Under the pieces are notes generated by a model that was not told the origin of the DNA, ran no database searches, and saw only the letters and a program-made list of their open reading frames with translations. From Bacteriovoracaceae bacterium (lineage in GTDB: Bacteria > Bdellovibrionota > Bacteriovoracia > Bacteriovoracales > Bacteriovoracaceae): DNA of 64,000 bases. The stretch is taken from contig JAIPEG010000009.1 of NCBI GenBank assembly GCA_021737405.1, positions 5,028 to 69,027 on the forward strand, read 5' to 3'. The position numbers were made by a program, and so were the translations under genes. Shown piece after piece: positions 44,757 through 53,896 of this stretch (the first letter of the stretch is position 1; the number at the start of each line of letters is the position of its first letter).

Positions 44757-45848
44757 GTGATTGTCGCCAAATTCGGCGGAAGCTCTGTAAAAGACGCCAG
44801 TGCTATGCGCTCATGTGTGAAGGTGGTTAAGACAACTCCAGGTCTCGGAGTTGTCATTATTTCTGCGACCTATAATACGACAAATGAGTTAGAAAAACTT
44901 TACTCCTCCCTTGTTCAAGGTGATCTTACCGCTGCAAACTCTCAATGGGTGCAGATTCAGGAAAGGCATTTAAAAATGGGGCAAGAGTTGGGAGAGTATT
45001 GCTTGGGTCCTTTCCAGGTTTTAATGGATTCCCTAAACTTTAAACTAAAAGAGATTTTTACGGTAAAGGAGCTTGGTTCGCGCCATCGAGACCTAATCCT
45101 CTCTTTTGGTGAGCAGATCTCAAGTCTTCTTTTTCAACTTATTCTTAAAGAAGAATTTAAGAGTGAACGAGAAGTTCACCTTGTTCCTGCCACCTCTTTT
45201 ATAAAAACAGATTCTAGTTTCGGTCTGGCCATCCCTAAACCAGAGTCGATTAAGCTCTATAGTGAAGGTCTTTTTAGAGAAGGCTTAAGAAATGGTCATC
45301 TCTTTGTCACACAAGGCTTTATTGGTTCAGATGGAAATGATCAGGTCACGACTCTCGGACGGGAAGGATCAGACTATTCTGCGACTCTTCTAGCTGCTGC
45401 AATCAATGCTTCAGAGGTTCATATATGGACTGATGTAGATGGTATTTACTCAGCTGACCCTAACATTATTAAGACTGCTAAAAAGTTAAAAGAACTTACC
45501 TATGATGAGGCGACTGTGTTGGCCTCTGCTGGAGCAAAAGTTCTATTTCCCAAAACGCTTGCCCCTCTTAGAGACCAAGGTATTCCTCTTAGGGTTGGAA
45601 AAACAGAAAATCCAACAGGCGAGGGCACATGGATTCGCTCCAGTGTAGAAAACCCAAATGATCTCATCGGGATTACGGCCAAAGAGCGCTCTGATGGGCT
45701 TATCCTCACGCTAGTAGGTAAGGGTGTTTACAATCTAGATATCGAGCACTCTGAGATAGATCGTGGTGATATCTTTAGAAGCTTCTACCACCAAGGTGGA
45801 GAGAACGAAGAGATCTTGGGCCTTTGGTATAAACGCTACTTTTCTTAA
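44757..45848 (+). CDS. aspartate kinase (short form)
   Basis: IVAKFGGSSV, GREGSDYSAT, LASAGAKVL. GTG start 3 nt after the ettA stop. Only ~65 aa follow the kinase core. Confidence 0.8.
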   Translation: MIVAKFGGSSVKDASAMRSCVKVVKTTPGLGVVIISATYNTTNELEKLYSSLVQGDLTAANSQWVQIQERHLKMGQELGEYCLGPFQVLMDSLNFKLKEIFTVKELGSRHRDLILSFGEQISSLLFQLILKEEFKSEREVHLVPATSFIKTDSSFGLAIPKPESIKLYSEGLFREGLRNGHLFVTQGFIGSDGNDQVTTLGREGSDYSATLLAAAINASEVHIWTDVDGIYSADPNIIKTAKKLKELTYDEATVLASAGAKVLFPKTLAPLRDQGIPLRVGKTENPTGEGTWIRSSVENPNDLIGITAKERSDGLILTLVGKGVYNLDIEHSEIDRGDIFRSFYHQGGENEEILGLWYKRYFS

Positions 45849-46951
45849 TTCCACATTTCATAATAGGGAGTCATTCCCTCACAGCCCTTTATCTCTAGAA
45901 TGTTGATGACTTTCTTATTCTCAATATGAATGACGAAGTCGACTCCTTGGCACACGAGCTTTAATACATCATGGTAACCAATATTCATTTGTCCTGAATA
46001 GACTTGGAATAAAAGGCAAAGACGGTGAAGGGCGTCGAGCGCCGAGTTTGCGTGAAGGGAGGCCATCATTCCCCCATGCCCTGTATTGATGGATAAGAGA
46101 AAAGGAACAATCTCTGAACTTCTAATTTCTCCTAGTATCAAACGATCTGGTCTCATCCTAAGAGCGTAGTGACAAAAATTTTTTAGTTGGTCCTGTTGAT
46201 GATCTGTTGCGAGTAGCTGTGTTGCAAAGGGGGAAGTTGGTCTGAGTTCACTCGTGTCCTCTAAAGTTATAACATGTTCTCTTTGAGGGACCTCTTCGAT
46301 AAGCGCTTTTAGAAACGTTGTCTTTCCTGAGCCGGTTGCACCAGAGATGATGACATTCTTCTTTTTATTAAGACATTCTTTTACTAAGGATATTTGACCA
46401 TCTGTGAGAGAGAAGGATTCCAGGGTAAATGATTTCCCTCCCTGTGCTCTTAGAAAAACTTTACTTGGATTGCCACCACATAAGCAGTTATGAACCATTG
46501 AAATTCGCCAGTCTTTCCTAAAGAGTGAAACTTGAAAGCTTTGAAACGGACGACTTTGATTCCATAGGGCCCCTTTTCTTATTGAGAAAATCTCGAGAGC
46601 GAACTGGTAGTCCTCCTCGTCTAAAAAGACCTGAAAAAATTCCTTCCGGTCTTTTCCTATAATTTGAATCCAGGAATTGGAGTGGATAATGACTTCCTCG
46701 ATTTGATCTTCTGAATGATCATCAATTAAGTTCGAGAGAAACTTAAATTGGATAAGGTTTGAGAGCCACTCTTTTAAAAGTGAAATATCCTGAGGTTTTA
46801 AATCATACCCTTGTTGTTCGAGGTGAAAGATGGCCTCATCAGTATTGTCGGAGTCTATCACTTCCGCTTTCTTTAGTTTTTCTTTAATAAATTCTTTGAT
46901 CAGAAAACGATAGTAAGGAGGTGAATTGTAATAAGAGGGTGTGTTTGTCAT
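45845..46951 (-). CDS. cpaF: CpaF/TadA-type pilus assembly ATPase
   Basis: Walker A GATGSGKTT, RPDRLILGEIR, GHGGMMASLHANSALDAL. ATG at 46951 forms a TAATG overlap with the secretin stop. The ORF is open to 46978. Confidence 0.8.
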   Translation of the reverse strand: MTNTPSYYNSPPYYRFLIKEFIKEKLKKAEVIDSDNTDEAIFHLEQQGYDLKPQDISLLKEWLSNLIQFKFLSNLIDDHSEDQIEEVIIHSNSWIQIIGKDRKEFFQVFLDEEDYQFALEIFSIRKGALWNQSRPFQSFQVSLFRKDWRISMVHNCLCGGNPSKVFLRAQGGKSFTLESFSLTDGQISLVKECLNKKKNVIISGATGSGKTTFLKALIEEVPQREHVITLEDTSELRPTSPFATQLLATDHQQDQLKNFCHYALRMRPDRLILGEIRSSEIVPFLLSINTGHGGMMASLHANSALDALHRLCLLFQVYSGQMNIGYHDVLKLVCQGVDFVIHIENKKVINILEIKGCEGMTPYYEMWN

Positions 46952-48507
46952 TATATTTCCTCGATCTTGATAAGACATAAAATTTTCTTATAGGTCTCAT
47001 TTTTTGCTTTACCCTCAAAGAGGCTACCAAATAGCGGAATACTCGAAAGATAGGGCAATCCGACTTTCTTTCTGTGATTAACCATAAAACCAATATCAAA
47101 GAGAACGATGTGTTTATTCTTCTCTACGAGTAAGTGACTTTCTTGAGAGTTCTTTGAGATTCCTTTTTCACCGGGGTGAGAGAGATTTGTTTTATAGCTA
47201 ACACTTAATCTTTCTGAATGTGGCCTTAGGGTTAGGTCAAGAGAGAGGCCTGCGAAGCGCCACTCTTGTGTGGCCACTCCATTAGTAACACTTTGTAGAA
47301 AAGGAATTTCTTGACCGATTCGAACCTTCATTTGTTGAGAAAGAAGACCTTTAACAATAGGGTGAGCAAGAGTCTCAGACTTAAAGTCCTCTCTCTTAAT
47401 GCTTATATTATTCTTCTCGATTAGGGCGAGTGGGTTATTCATTAAGATATCGGATAACGTTCCTTCAATTTGTGAGAGACCAAAGTTAAAGGCCTCTCCT
47501 TTAGAGTTTTCAAATTGCTGAAGGAAGAGGGTTACTTGGTATTGTCGGGAAGCCGTTAAGAGGTCTTCACTTTGCCACTTTAAAAAGAACTCACCCTCTA
47601 GCGTTTTCAATTTTTCTGCGAGCCCTTTTGATGCTTCACATTCAAGGACAATATTTTTTAAATCACATTTGATCCTTACTAAACCATATCGAGACTGCTT
47701 AATAAGAAAGGAGGAGTAAATCTTCTTTGCAAGTTCTTTTGAAAGGGTGACTTCACTTAGGTCTATTTGGATTTTATTTTTTGAGTAGATGGCCAAGAGA
47801 GCCTGATAATCACTTATAGAATCTAGCTCTCCCGATAGATGGAGTTGCTCTGCGCGAGTTTGTTTTTTTAAGGGAAGATCTTTGAGTTGAAAATAAATCT
47901 GCTTCAGTTTTAATTGCTGATTTTTATGGATAACAAAGATGGGTAACTTCTTTGGTCCAGAGTCTTTTTGAGTCCAAATGAGGAGGTCAGAAAAGCCTAT
48001 GCCAATCCCCTTTATGAGGAGATCTCCTCCTTCTAGGCTTTTGACCTGCAAGATTTCTTTATTACCTACAGTGAACTTTGTTAGGCCTGGACACTTGATT
48101 CTCAGAAGCTCTCCCTTCGTCAGGGTGTGACCTATTGCTTCACTATCTACTCCAAGTGGTTGAAATAAGATATCTGTCTTATCGTTTTCGCCGTGAGTTA
48201 TTTGTAAAGGTATCAAAGCGAAGAGAAGTCCTTTGACAAGGAACTTAGAAGTCGGTAAAACCTGCAAGTTAATGAAATTATGGCGTAGGTAGCGTGTCGC
48301 CTTGTTTGTCAGTTTGATGATGATGGATACGCACGGGAGTAGAAAGATGGTTTCTAGAACTAGAGTAACAAGAAACAGAAGATCTAATAAAAAAGTTAAA
48401 ATGGGCAAGAAGAGAAAGACCTTAAATAACAACAAAGGTACGACTCCTAAGTTCGAAATCCACTTAGAAAAAACAGATAAGTAATCTTTTAAAGAGATTA
48501 TTATCAT
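46951..48507 (-). CDS. cpaC: CpaC/RcpA-like secretin with an unusual hydrophobic N-terminal extension
   Basis: C-terminal secretin motif GLPYLSSIPLFGSLF. BON/N-domain-like repeats. The first ~65 aa are two TM-length hydrophobic stretches. An alternative TTG start at 48267 would give a classical signal peptide. Confidence 0.7.
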   Translation of the reverse strand: MIIISLKDYLSVFSKWISNLGVVPLLLFKVFLFLPILTFLLDLLFLVTLVLETIFLLPCVSIIIKLTNKATRYLRHNFINLQVLPTSKFLVKGLLFALIPLQITHGENDKTDILFQPLGVDSEAIGHTLTKGELLRIKCPGLTKFTVGNKEILQVKSLEGGDLLIKGIGIGFSDLLIWTQKDSGPKKLPIFVIHKNQQLKLKQIYFQLKDLPLKKQTRAEQLHLSGELDSISDYQALLAIYSKNKIQIDLSEVTLSKELAKKIYSSFLIKQSRYGLVRIKCDLKNIVLECEASKGLAEKLKTLEGEFFLKWQSEDLLTASRQYQVTLFLQQFENSKGEAFNFGLSQIEGTLSDILMNNPLALIEKNNISIKREDFKSETLAHPIVKGLLSQQMKVRIGQEIPFLQSVTNGVATQEWRFAGLSLDLTLRPHSERLSVSYKTNLSHPGEKGISKNSQESHLLVEKNKHIVLFDIGFMVNHRKKVGLPYLSSIPLFGSLFEGKAKNETYKKILCLIKIEEI

Positions 48508-48851
48508 TGTGCCCTCCTTTGGAGGGCTTTTTCAGTTTTTGCATTTATTTTAATTAATTGACCAAGAGTCCTCCCAATCAACTCTTGTTCCTGATGAATA
48601 ACAAGTAATTCATCTCCTTTAAAACAAAGTTGCAATATAAAGCCTGTGCGCCTGTGGCATGTGGTGTTTTGCTTATCCCATAAAACAAGTTCTTCATTAT
48701 CAAGAGCGTTCTCCATCAAAAATTCCTTAGCGACTTTTTCTTGCCAGGAGTTGGGCTGGCCACTGATTACGGCAAGCCTGGCAAAGACGAGTGGGTCAAA
48801 GAGGAAGACAGTAATAAAAAAATAAAGAGCTCTCCTAGAAAATAACTTCAT
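48504..48851 (-). CDS. hypothetical secreted protein in the Tad-like operon
   Basis: Signal-anchor ALYFFITVFLFDPLVFA. ATGA overlap with the secretin gene. Confidence 0.5.
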   Translation of the reverse strand: MKLFSRRALYFFITVFLFDPLVFARLAVISGQPNSWQEKVAKEFLMENALDNEELVLWDKQNTTCHRRTGFILQLCFKGDELLVIHQEQELIGRTLGQLIKINAKTEKALQRRAQ

Positions 48852-49197
48852 AAACCTTTCTCCTACTACTGACTTGATCCATTGGTGGGTAGATTTGCCA
48901 TGGACCTCTAGCGCTTTTAAGAACCGTTAAATATTTTTGAGGAATTTCGATAATTCCTTTCGTTCCTGTCGGTCCTAGGGGATCTTCATGGATTTCTCTT
49001 AAGTAGCCAGAGATCACCGTTTTTTGATTATCTTGAAAAAGACTCACTTTTAACTTTTCTCCTTTTTTTGGAAGAGTGGCATAATTCCAGATCGGTAGTT
49101 GAAGGACTTGATGATCTTTTTCAATGGGAACAACTTGCTCTTTAGGAAGTTCTGCTGGGTTTAGGAGAAGAGTGAACCAAAAAAATTGAGAGAGCAA
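48835..49197 (-). CDS. hypothetical exported protein (possibly RcpC/CpaB-like, weak)
   Basis: TTG start and hydrophobic N-terminus. The position before the secretin matches cpaB/rcpC in tad loci, but the ORF is only 120 aa. Confidence 0.4.
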   Translation of the reverse strand: MLSQFFWFTLLLNPAELPKEQVVPIEKDHQVLQLPIWNYATLPKKGEKLKVSLFQDNQKTVISGYLREIHEDPLGPTGTKGIIEIPQKYLTVLKSARGPWQIYPPMDQVSSRRKVYEVIF

Positions 49198-49276
49198 AAA
49201 AATAGATGAAAATTTTATCTTTAAGGCCTTACTCTTTTTCTCCCATTCCTCCTTTGGGCTTAGGAGGGAGTGACTT

Positions 49277-49438
49277 CTATTGTTTAAGCTCTCTGGCTGG
49301 GCGATTTTTATGCCAGAGTTGTTGGAATTGAGAAAGTTGTTCTTTTTGAGTTGTTCTAAAATGGTCGGCTCCTTTCTTAAACGTGCTCAACATAATGCTC
49401 TGGAAGGCCATGGCCAGGATTAATACTCCGATCCACAT
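49277..49438 (-). CDS. 53-aa mini-ORF with one TM helix (MWIGVLILAMAFQSIMLSTFKKG...)
   Basis: ATG 2 nt after the stop of the upstream gene. Below the ORF-track cutoff. No homology call. Confidence 0.35.
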   Translation of the reverse strand: MWIGVLILAMAFQSIMLSTFKKGADHFRTTQKEQLSQFQQLWHKNRPARELKQ

Positions 49439-49440
49439 AT

Positions 49441-50022
49441 TTAAAGGATAGGGTATAGGGAGAGAGGGATTTCTCTGGATTCATAGAGTTTGATAGAAGG
49501 CTCAAAAGAAATCTTACCCATGATGAAAAAGAGAAAGGGGTAACCTGAAGACGAAGGTAATTTAAAGTTAAAGGGCTTATCTTTTATTTGCGCTGTACCC
49601 GATAGATGGCGCTGAATTAGGATTCCCTTTTTCTTTAGAGGGAAGGCCTTGAACGGGAAAAACTTTTGAAGTCCTTTGCAATCTTTTTTCGTTATGGCCT
49701 TTGTCCATACCCACTGACCTTTTACATCTTGAACTTTTTGTATCCCCTCCTTTAATTTAAGGAGGTAGGGGCTGGGATGAAGAATCAGGGAAGCGTTAAT
49801 CGCGAGAATTGATAAATTTGTTCTCTTTATAAAGAATAAAAGATCATCATAGCGATCAAGAGTGTTCTTTAGGCATAAGTAGGTCGTTTTTCTTTGCTTA
49901 TTTTCTAAGTGGATCATCATAAACTTCTTATAAGAGAGTGCTAGAAAGAGAGCGAACACCAGTAGGAAGAAGGCGGCGGCCAGGCTTAGACTTCCTCTCT
50001 CGCCACCAGTCAGGTTTTTCAA
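49441..50022 (-). CDS. TadE/TadG-like pseudopilin/pilus assembly protein
   Basis: With the TTG at 50022 the N-terminus reads MKNLTGGERGSLSLAAAFFLLVFALFLAL, like the TadG/TadE N-terminal motif. The ORF is open to 50118. Confidence 0.5.
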   Translation of the reverse strand: MKNLTGGERGSLSLAAAFFLLVFALFLALSYKKFMMIHLENKQRKTTYLCLKNTLDRYDDLLFFIKRTNLSILAINASLILHPSPYLLKLKEGIQKVQDVKGQWVWTKAITKKDCKGLQKFFPFKAFPLKKKGILIQRHLSGTAQIKDKPFNFKLPSSSGYPFLFFIMGKISFEPSIKLYESREIPLSLYPIL

Positions 50023-50269
50023 GAACCGTAATTTCTCCAAAAGAATCTTGGAGAACGATTTGTTGATCTTCGTTCTTGAGGTGAAGGCGACGACTACACT
50101 CTGGGATTCTCTTTCCATAGCTATTTCTATTGTGAAGGGCCTGAGTAATGAGTTTCAGCTTTTGACTTTCATTTAAGGCCAGGCAATTGATTTTTTTAGT
50201 CACTTGAAAACATGTTGCCGTTATCAAAACAAAGAAGGTGAGCCCTAAAATATTTTGGGTAATAAGCAT
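49928..50269 (-). CDS. hypothetical protein coupled to flp (N-terminal TM helix)
   Basis: TAATG overlap with the flp stop. The 3-prime ~95 nt overlap the next gene out of frame. Confidence 0.4.
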   Translation of the reverse strand: MLITQNILGLTFFVLITATCFQVTKKINCLALNESQKLKLITQALHNRNSYGKRIPECSRRLHLKNEDQQIVLQDSFGEITVLEKPDWWRERKSKPGRRLLPTGVRSLSSTLL

Positions 50270-50463
50270 TAGCGTAACCTCATATGCTTCGCTACTTGGG
50301 AGTTCATATTGTCGATACGGGTTTTGAGCCTCTCGCCAAAGGTCTTAATTCCCACTAAGCAAAAGATACCAATGAGGGAGGTGAGGATGATGTACTCTAA
50401 AACAGATTGGCCTTTGGAATTTTTAAGAATTGATTTTAGTGATTTATTCTTCGTCTTAGTCAT
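50269..50463 (-). CDS. flp: Flp-family type IVb pilin
   Basis: 64 aa with AGGAGG SD. Flp motif KGQSVLEYIILTSLIGIF (G/xxxxEY followed by a hydrophobic helix). Confidence 0.8.
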   Translation of the reverse strand: MTKTKNKSLKSILKNSKGQSVLEYIILTSLIGIFCLVGIKTFGERLKTRIDNMNSQVAKHMRLR

Positions 50464-50606
50464 GGGACCTCCTAATGTAATGGGGGTTTTGCCATGTTGA
50501 ATGCCTGTTGTTGATCGTTTTCGTAGGGGATTTCTTATTTGAAATGGAGTTTTTTACCCCATAAAAAGTTTTGCACGAACTGCATAACCCATCTAAAATT
50601 AAGTAC

Positions 50607-51284
50607 ATGGACGAGAATACAAAACTTTATGTCTTTTCAAAAAGGGAAGTTGCTTTAATTTTCCTCTTTATGTTTCTCATAGCTTTAACCTCATTTGTTT
50701 TTGGGGTTAAGATTGGAAAGAATTATTCTTTTGAACAAGCTGGCTTTACGACAGAAGACAGAGCAAAGATTGATCTTCTCAGTGGTCAGGAAGAAATGGT
50801 CAATGAGGTCGTAAAAGATCAAGAACAAAATCAAGCCGATAAGAAACCTCTTGGAGACTTAAATAAGAAGCTTGAAGAGCATATCAATATGGAGACCAGC
50901 GGCCAGGGAAAGCGCTTTGAAGATAAGCCGGCGCCGACTCCAGCACCAGTTGAGTCGGATAGTGGCAATCAGATGATCGAGCCCGCACCTGGAACAGTTG
51001 TTGAACCAGAGCAGGGGGCTAAATCTCTTAAAGATCAATTCAGTGGCAAATACACCATTCAACTAGGTTCTCATCGCTCTCTAGAAGAAGCTGAAGCGTT
51101 TGCAGAAGGTTTTAAAGTGAGAGGCTATAATCCAATCATTAATGAAGTTGAGCTTCCAAACCGTGGGGTTTGGTATCGTGTTAGTTTAGGCGTCTTTGAG
51201 ACCATCACTGAGGCCAAAGACTATGTGAAGAAAGAAAATAGTCTATTTCAAGGTCAAGATTACGTCTTTGTGCGTTTTGATTAA
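50607..51284 (+). CDS. SPOR-domain (septal peptidoglycan-binding) membrane protein
   Basis: N-terminal TM helix, low-complexity linker, C-terminal SPOR pattern YTIQLGSHRSLEEAEAFAEGFKVRGYNP...GVWYRVSLGVFETITEAKDY. Confidence 0.7.
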   Translation: MDENTKLYVFSKREVALIFLFMFLIALTSFVFGVKIGKNYSFEQAGFTTEDRAKIDLLSGQEEMVNEVVKDQEQNQADKKPLGDLNKKLEEHINMETSGQGKRFEDKPAPTPAPVESDSGNQMIEPAPGTVVEPEQGAKSLKDQFSGKYTIQLGSHRSLEEAEAFAEGFKVRGYNPIINEVELPNRGVWYRVSLGVFETITEAKDYVKKENSLFQGQDYVFVRFD

Positions 51285-51334
51285 GTCCACCTCCTGAGAG
51301 AAAATCAAATAAAATTGAACTGAAGGAAAATTCC

Positions 51335-52423
51335 ATGAGTGAAATGGTAGAGAGTCAACTTTATGCAGTTGTAATGGCAGGCGGCAAGGGAACGCGATTT
51401 TGGCCTGAATCTACACGCAAGAGACCAAAGCAATATTTAAATCTAACGGGAGGGGACTCTCTTCTTGGAAAAACCCTTCAGCGATTTGAGGGATTAGTCG
51501 CGGCCAAGCAGCGCTATGTGGTCACAGTGAAAGAGCAAGAATCTTTGGCAAAAGAATGTGGCGATAAAAAAATGGCATCGGACGGTTTGATCTTCGAACC
51601 AAGTGGGCGAAATACTGCGCCTTGTATTCTTTTAAGCCTTGCAGCTTTAGAGGCGAAGGGAGTTAAGGGCAATGATGTCATTGCCATCGTTCCCTCTGAT
51701 CATGTGATTTTAAATGAAAGTGGCTTTAGAGATACAGTTAAGAAAGCCGCTGAAACGGCCCTTAAAGAAAAGGCGATTGTCACAATTGGCATAAAACCAA
51801 ACTTTCCTCATACCGGTTATGGCTATATTCATAGGGCACTAGAAGTTAGTGAAGATATTTTTAGTGTTTCAGAATTTCGAGAAAAGCCAGATCGATCAAC
51901 AGCAGAAAATTATTTGGCGACAGGAGAATATTTTTGGAATGCCGGTATGTTTGTGGCCTCCCTCAACACTTTGAAAGAAGAATTTTCGACCTGCTCTCCT
52001 GAAACTTATAAGCATTATGAAGATTTAAAAAGTGCTCTCACAGATGACTCTAAGCTCGCCCAAGTTTATGGGAGATTACCAGAAGATTCTATTGATTATG
52101 CCATCATGGAAAAGAGTAAGAAGGTTATGGTTGTGGCGGCCGATTTTGATTGGAATGATTTAGGCTCTTGGGATGCCCTTGAATCTGTTGTAGATCCAAC
52201 TGAAGGCAACACCTTGGTCGAGAATCGGGCCCAGTTCATTAAAGACGCCACTGGTAATATCGTTTACGCTCCGGGTAAACATGTGAGTCTGATAGGTGTT
52301 AAGGATTTAATTATCGTTTCAAATAAGCAGTCCCTCGTTATCCTGCCAAAAGAGCGCTCCCAAGAAATTAAGGAAGTGGTAAAATCACTACAAGAAAACA
52401 ATGACTTAGCAGATCTACTTTGA
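51335..52423 (+). CDS. mannose-1-phosphate guanylyltransferase
   Basis: AVVMAGGKGTRFWPESTRKRPKQYL, PSDHVI, FREKPD, FWNAGMFV. Confidence 0.8.
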   Translation: MSEMVESQLYAVVMAGGKGTRFWPESTRKRPKQYLNLTGGDSLLGKTLQRFEGLVAAKQRYVVTVKEQESLAKECGDKKMASDGLIFEPSGRNTAPCILLSLAALEAKGVKGNDVIAIVPSDHVILNESGFRDTVKKAAETALKEKAIVTIGIKPNFPHTGYGYIHRALEVSEDIFSVSEFREKPDRSTAENYLATGEYFWNAGMFVASLNTLKEEFSTCSPETYKHYEDLKSALTDDSKLAQVYGRLPEDSIDYAIMEKSKKVMVVAADFDWNDLGSWDALESVVDPTEGNTLVENRAQFIKDATGNIVYAPGKHVSLIGVKDLIIVSNKQSLVILPKERSQEIKEVVKSLQENNDLADLL

Positions 52424-52519
52424 TTTTCTCCTAATCGTTTAAGAAAAGTTCGCCGATAGTTCTTTTTGTTTGGCAGTTCAAACAAATGTGTTAATATAGC
52501 AACAAAGGTGGTTATCTAT

Positions 52520-52714
52520 ATGTACGCATGTATTTGTCATAAAATTACTGAAAAAGAGCTTGAAGAGACGATGCAAAAGTCTAAAGGCAACGTTAATGAG
52601 GCCTTAAGAAAGCTCAATCTAGGTTCTAGCTGCGGTATTTGTCTTGTCGACGCCCTGGAAAAAGTGGGTATGCAAATAGCTTCTAAAGACTCTAAAATAG
52701 CTAAGAAATCTTAA
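52520..52714 (+). CDS. bfd: bacterioferritin-associated ferredoxin (2Fe-2S)
   Basis: MYACICHKITEKEL...SSCGIC (C-x-C...C-x2-C). Immediately upstream of bfr. Confidence 0.8.
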   Translation: MYACICHKITEKELEETMQKSKGNVNEALRKLNLGSSCGICLVDALEKVGMQIASKDSKIAKKS

Positions 52715-52732
52715 GCTACCCAGGAGTTCAAT

Positions 52733-53218
52733 ATGAAAGGCTCACAAGCAGTTATCGATGCCCTTAATTCCGTACTAACCAAAGAACTGACGGCAATCAA
52801 TCAATATTTTCTTCACTCAAGAATGCTTCAGGACTGGGGCTTGGCCAAGCTTGGTAAGCATGAGTACGACGCTTCAATTGATGAGATGAAACACGCTGAT
52901 CAACTCATTAAAAGAATATTATTTCTTGAAGGCCTTCCTAATGTTCAAAAACTCGACCGTGTTCTTATTGGAACGAACGTTGAGGAAGTTATCGAGTGTG
53001 ACCTTAAAGTTGAAAATGCAGCAGTTCCTCATTTAAAAGACTGTATTGAGATAGCTGAAAAAGAGCGAGATTATGTCACTCGTGACCTTTTTCGTTCTAT
53101 CCTAGAGTCTGAAGAGCATCATGTTGATTGGCTTGAAACTCAACAACATCTAATCAAGCAAGTTGGACTACAAAACTTTATTCAATCGCAAATGAACCCG
53201 GATGAAGCTGGTCACTAA
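52733..53218 (+). CDS. bfr: bacterioferritin
   Basis: MKGSQAVIDALNSVLTKELTAINQYFLHSRM, EMKHADQLI, SEEHHVDWLE. Confidence 0.9.
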   Translation: MKGSQAVIDALNSVLTKELTAINQYFLHSRMLQDWGLAKLGKHEYDASIDEMKHADQLIKRILFLEGLPNVQKLDRVLIGTNVEEVIECDLKVENAAVPHLKDCIEIAEKERDYVTRDLFRSILESEEHHVDWLETQQHLIKQVGLQNFIQSQMNPDEAGH

Positions 53219-53229
53219 AATTTTTAAAT

Positions 53230-53892
53230 TTAAGGATTGTAGGACTCAAACTCAGGCCAGATTTTGATATCATCTTTTTTAAGCTGACTTTTTAGATTGG
53301 TAAACATTTTAAAAGGCCAGCTTGCCTGGACTAAATTAATAATCCATGTCGGGATATTGCCTTTAAAATCTGTGAGTAGGGTTATTTCAAAGAACGTTGT
53401 CTCTTTTGTTAAGCCCTTCATGTAAACGGAGCCTATGTAAGTATGTCCTCGCACATGCTTGGGGTTTAAAGGAATATCAGGATGCTCCGAACTGTGGATA
53501 TCGATAAAAAGAGTATTTTCTTTTTCGTTAAAGCGACCCTTGGTTGATATGACAAAGGCCCTGTCATTAAAAGGCCAAGGCGAGTCATAAAGAGTGTATT
53601 CAACTCTTTCGTACTTACTCTTTTTTTCTACAACAAATGCCTCTAATAACTTCGGAATCCACTCTTTCTTCCTTTCGGTCGTGGCGAGTACTGAGAGAAT
53701 TCTTGGCATTGTATGATTCAAAACCGTCTGGGCCTTAATTGGTACAATGCCAGTCTCTTTGTGCTGAGGAGCTCGAAAGATTTTTATCCCATCTTTTTCT
53801 TTCGCAAGCTCCCACTTGAAGTCATTGGGATGGAGGGCCCAAAGACTTTGAGTAACAAAAATGAGGCCTAGGACTGCGATGGTTTTTTTCAT
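53230..53892 (-). CDS. secreted START/lipid-binding domain protein
   Basis: Signal peptide. WELAKEKDGIKIF, WPFNDRAFVI and TDFKGNIPTWIIN patterns typical of START domains. Confidence 0.55.
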   Translation of the reverse strand: MKKTIAVLGLIFVTQSLWALHPNDFKWELAKEKDGIKIFRAPQHKETGIVPIKAQTVLNHTMPRILSVLATTERKKEWIPKLLEAFVVEKKSKYERVEYTLYDSPWPFNDRAFVISTKGRFNEKENTLFIDIHSSEHPDIPLNPKHVRGHTYIGSVYMKGLTKETTFFEITLLTDFKGNIPTWIINLVQASWPFKMFTNLKSQLKKDDIKIWPEFESYNP

Positions 53893-53896
53893 GCAG

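Noticed and set aside
52465-52486. 8-bp inverted repeat TTTGTTTG-N6-CAAACAAA upstream of bfd, considered as a Fur box or the manC terminator.
   Set aside because: It does not resemble the GATAATGATAATCATTATC Fur consensus. It is a low-complexity AT-rich palindrome with no following T-tract.
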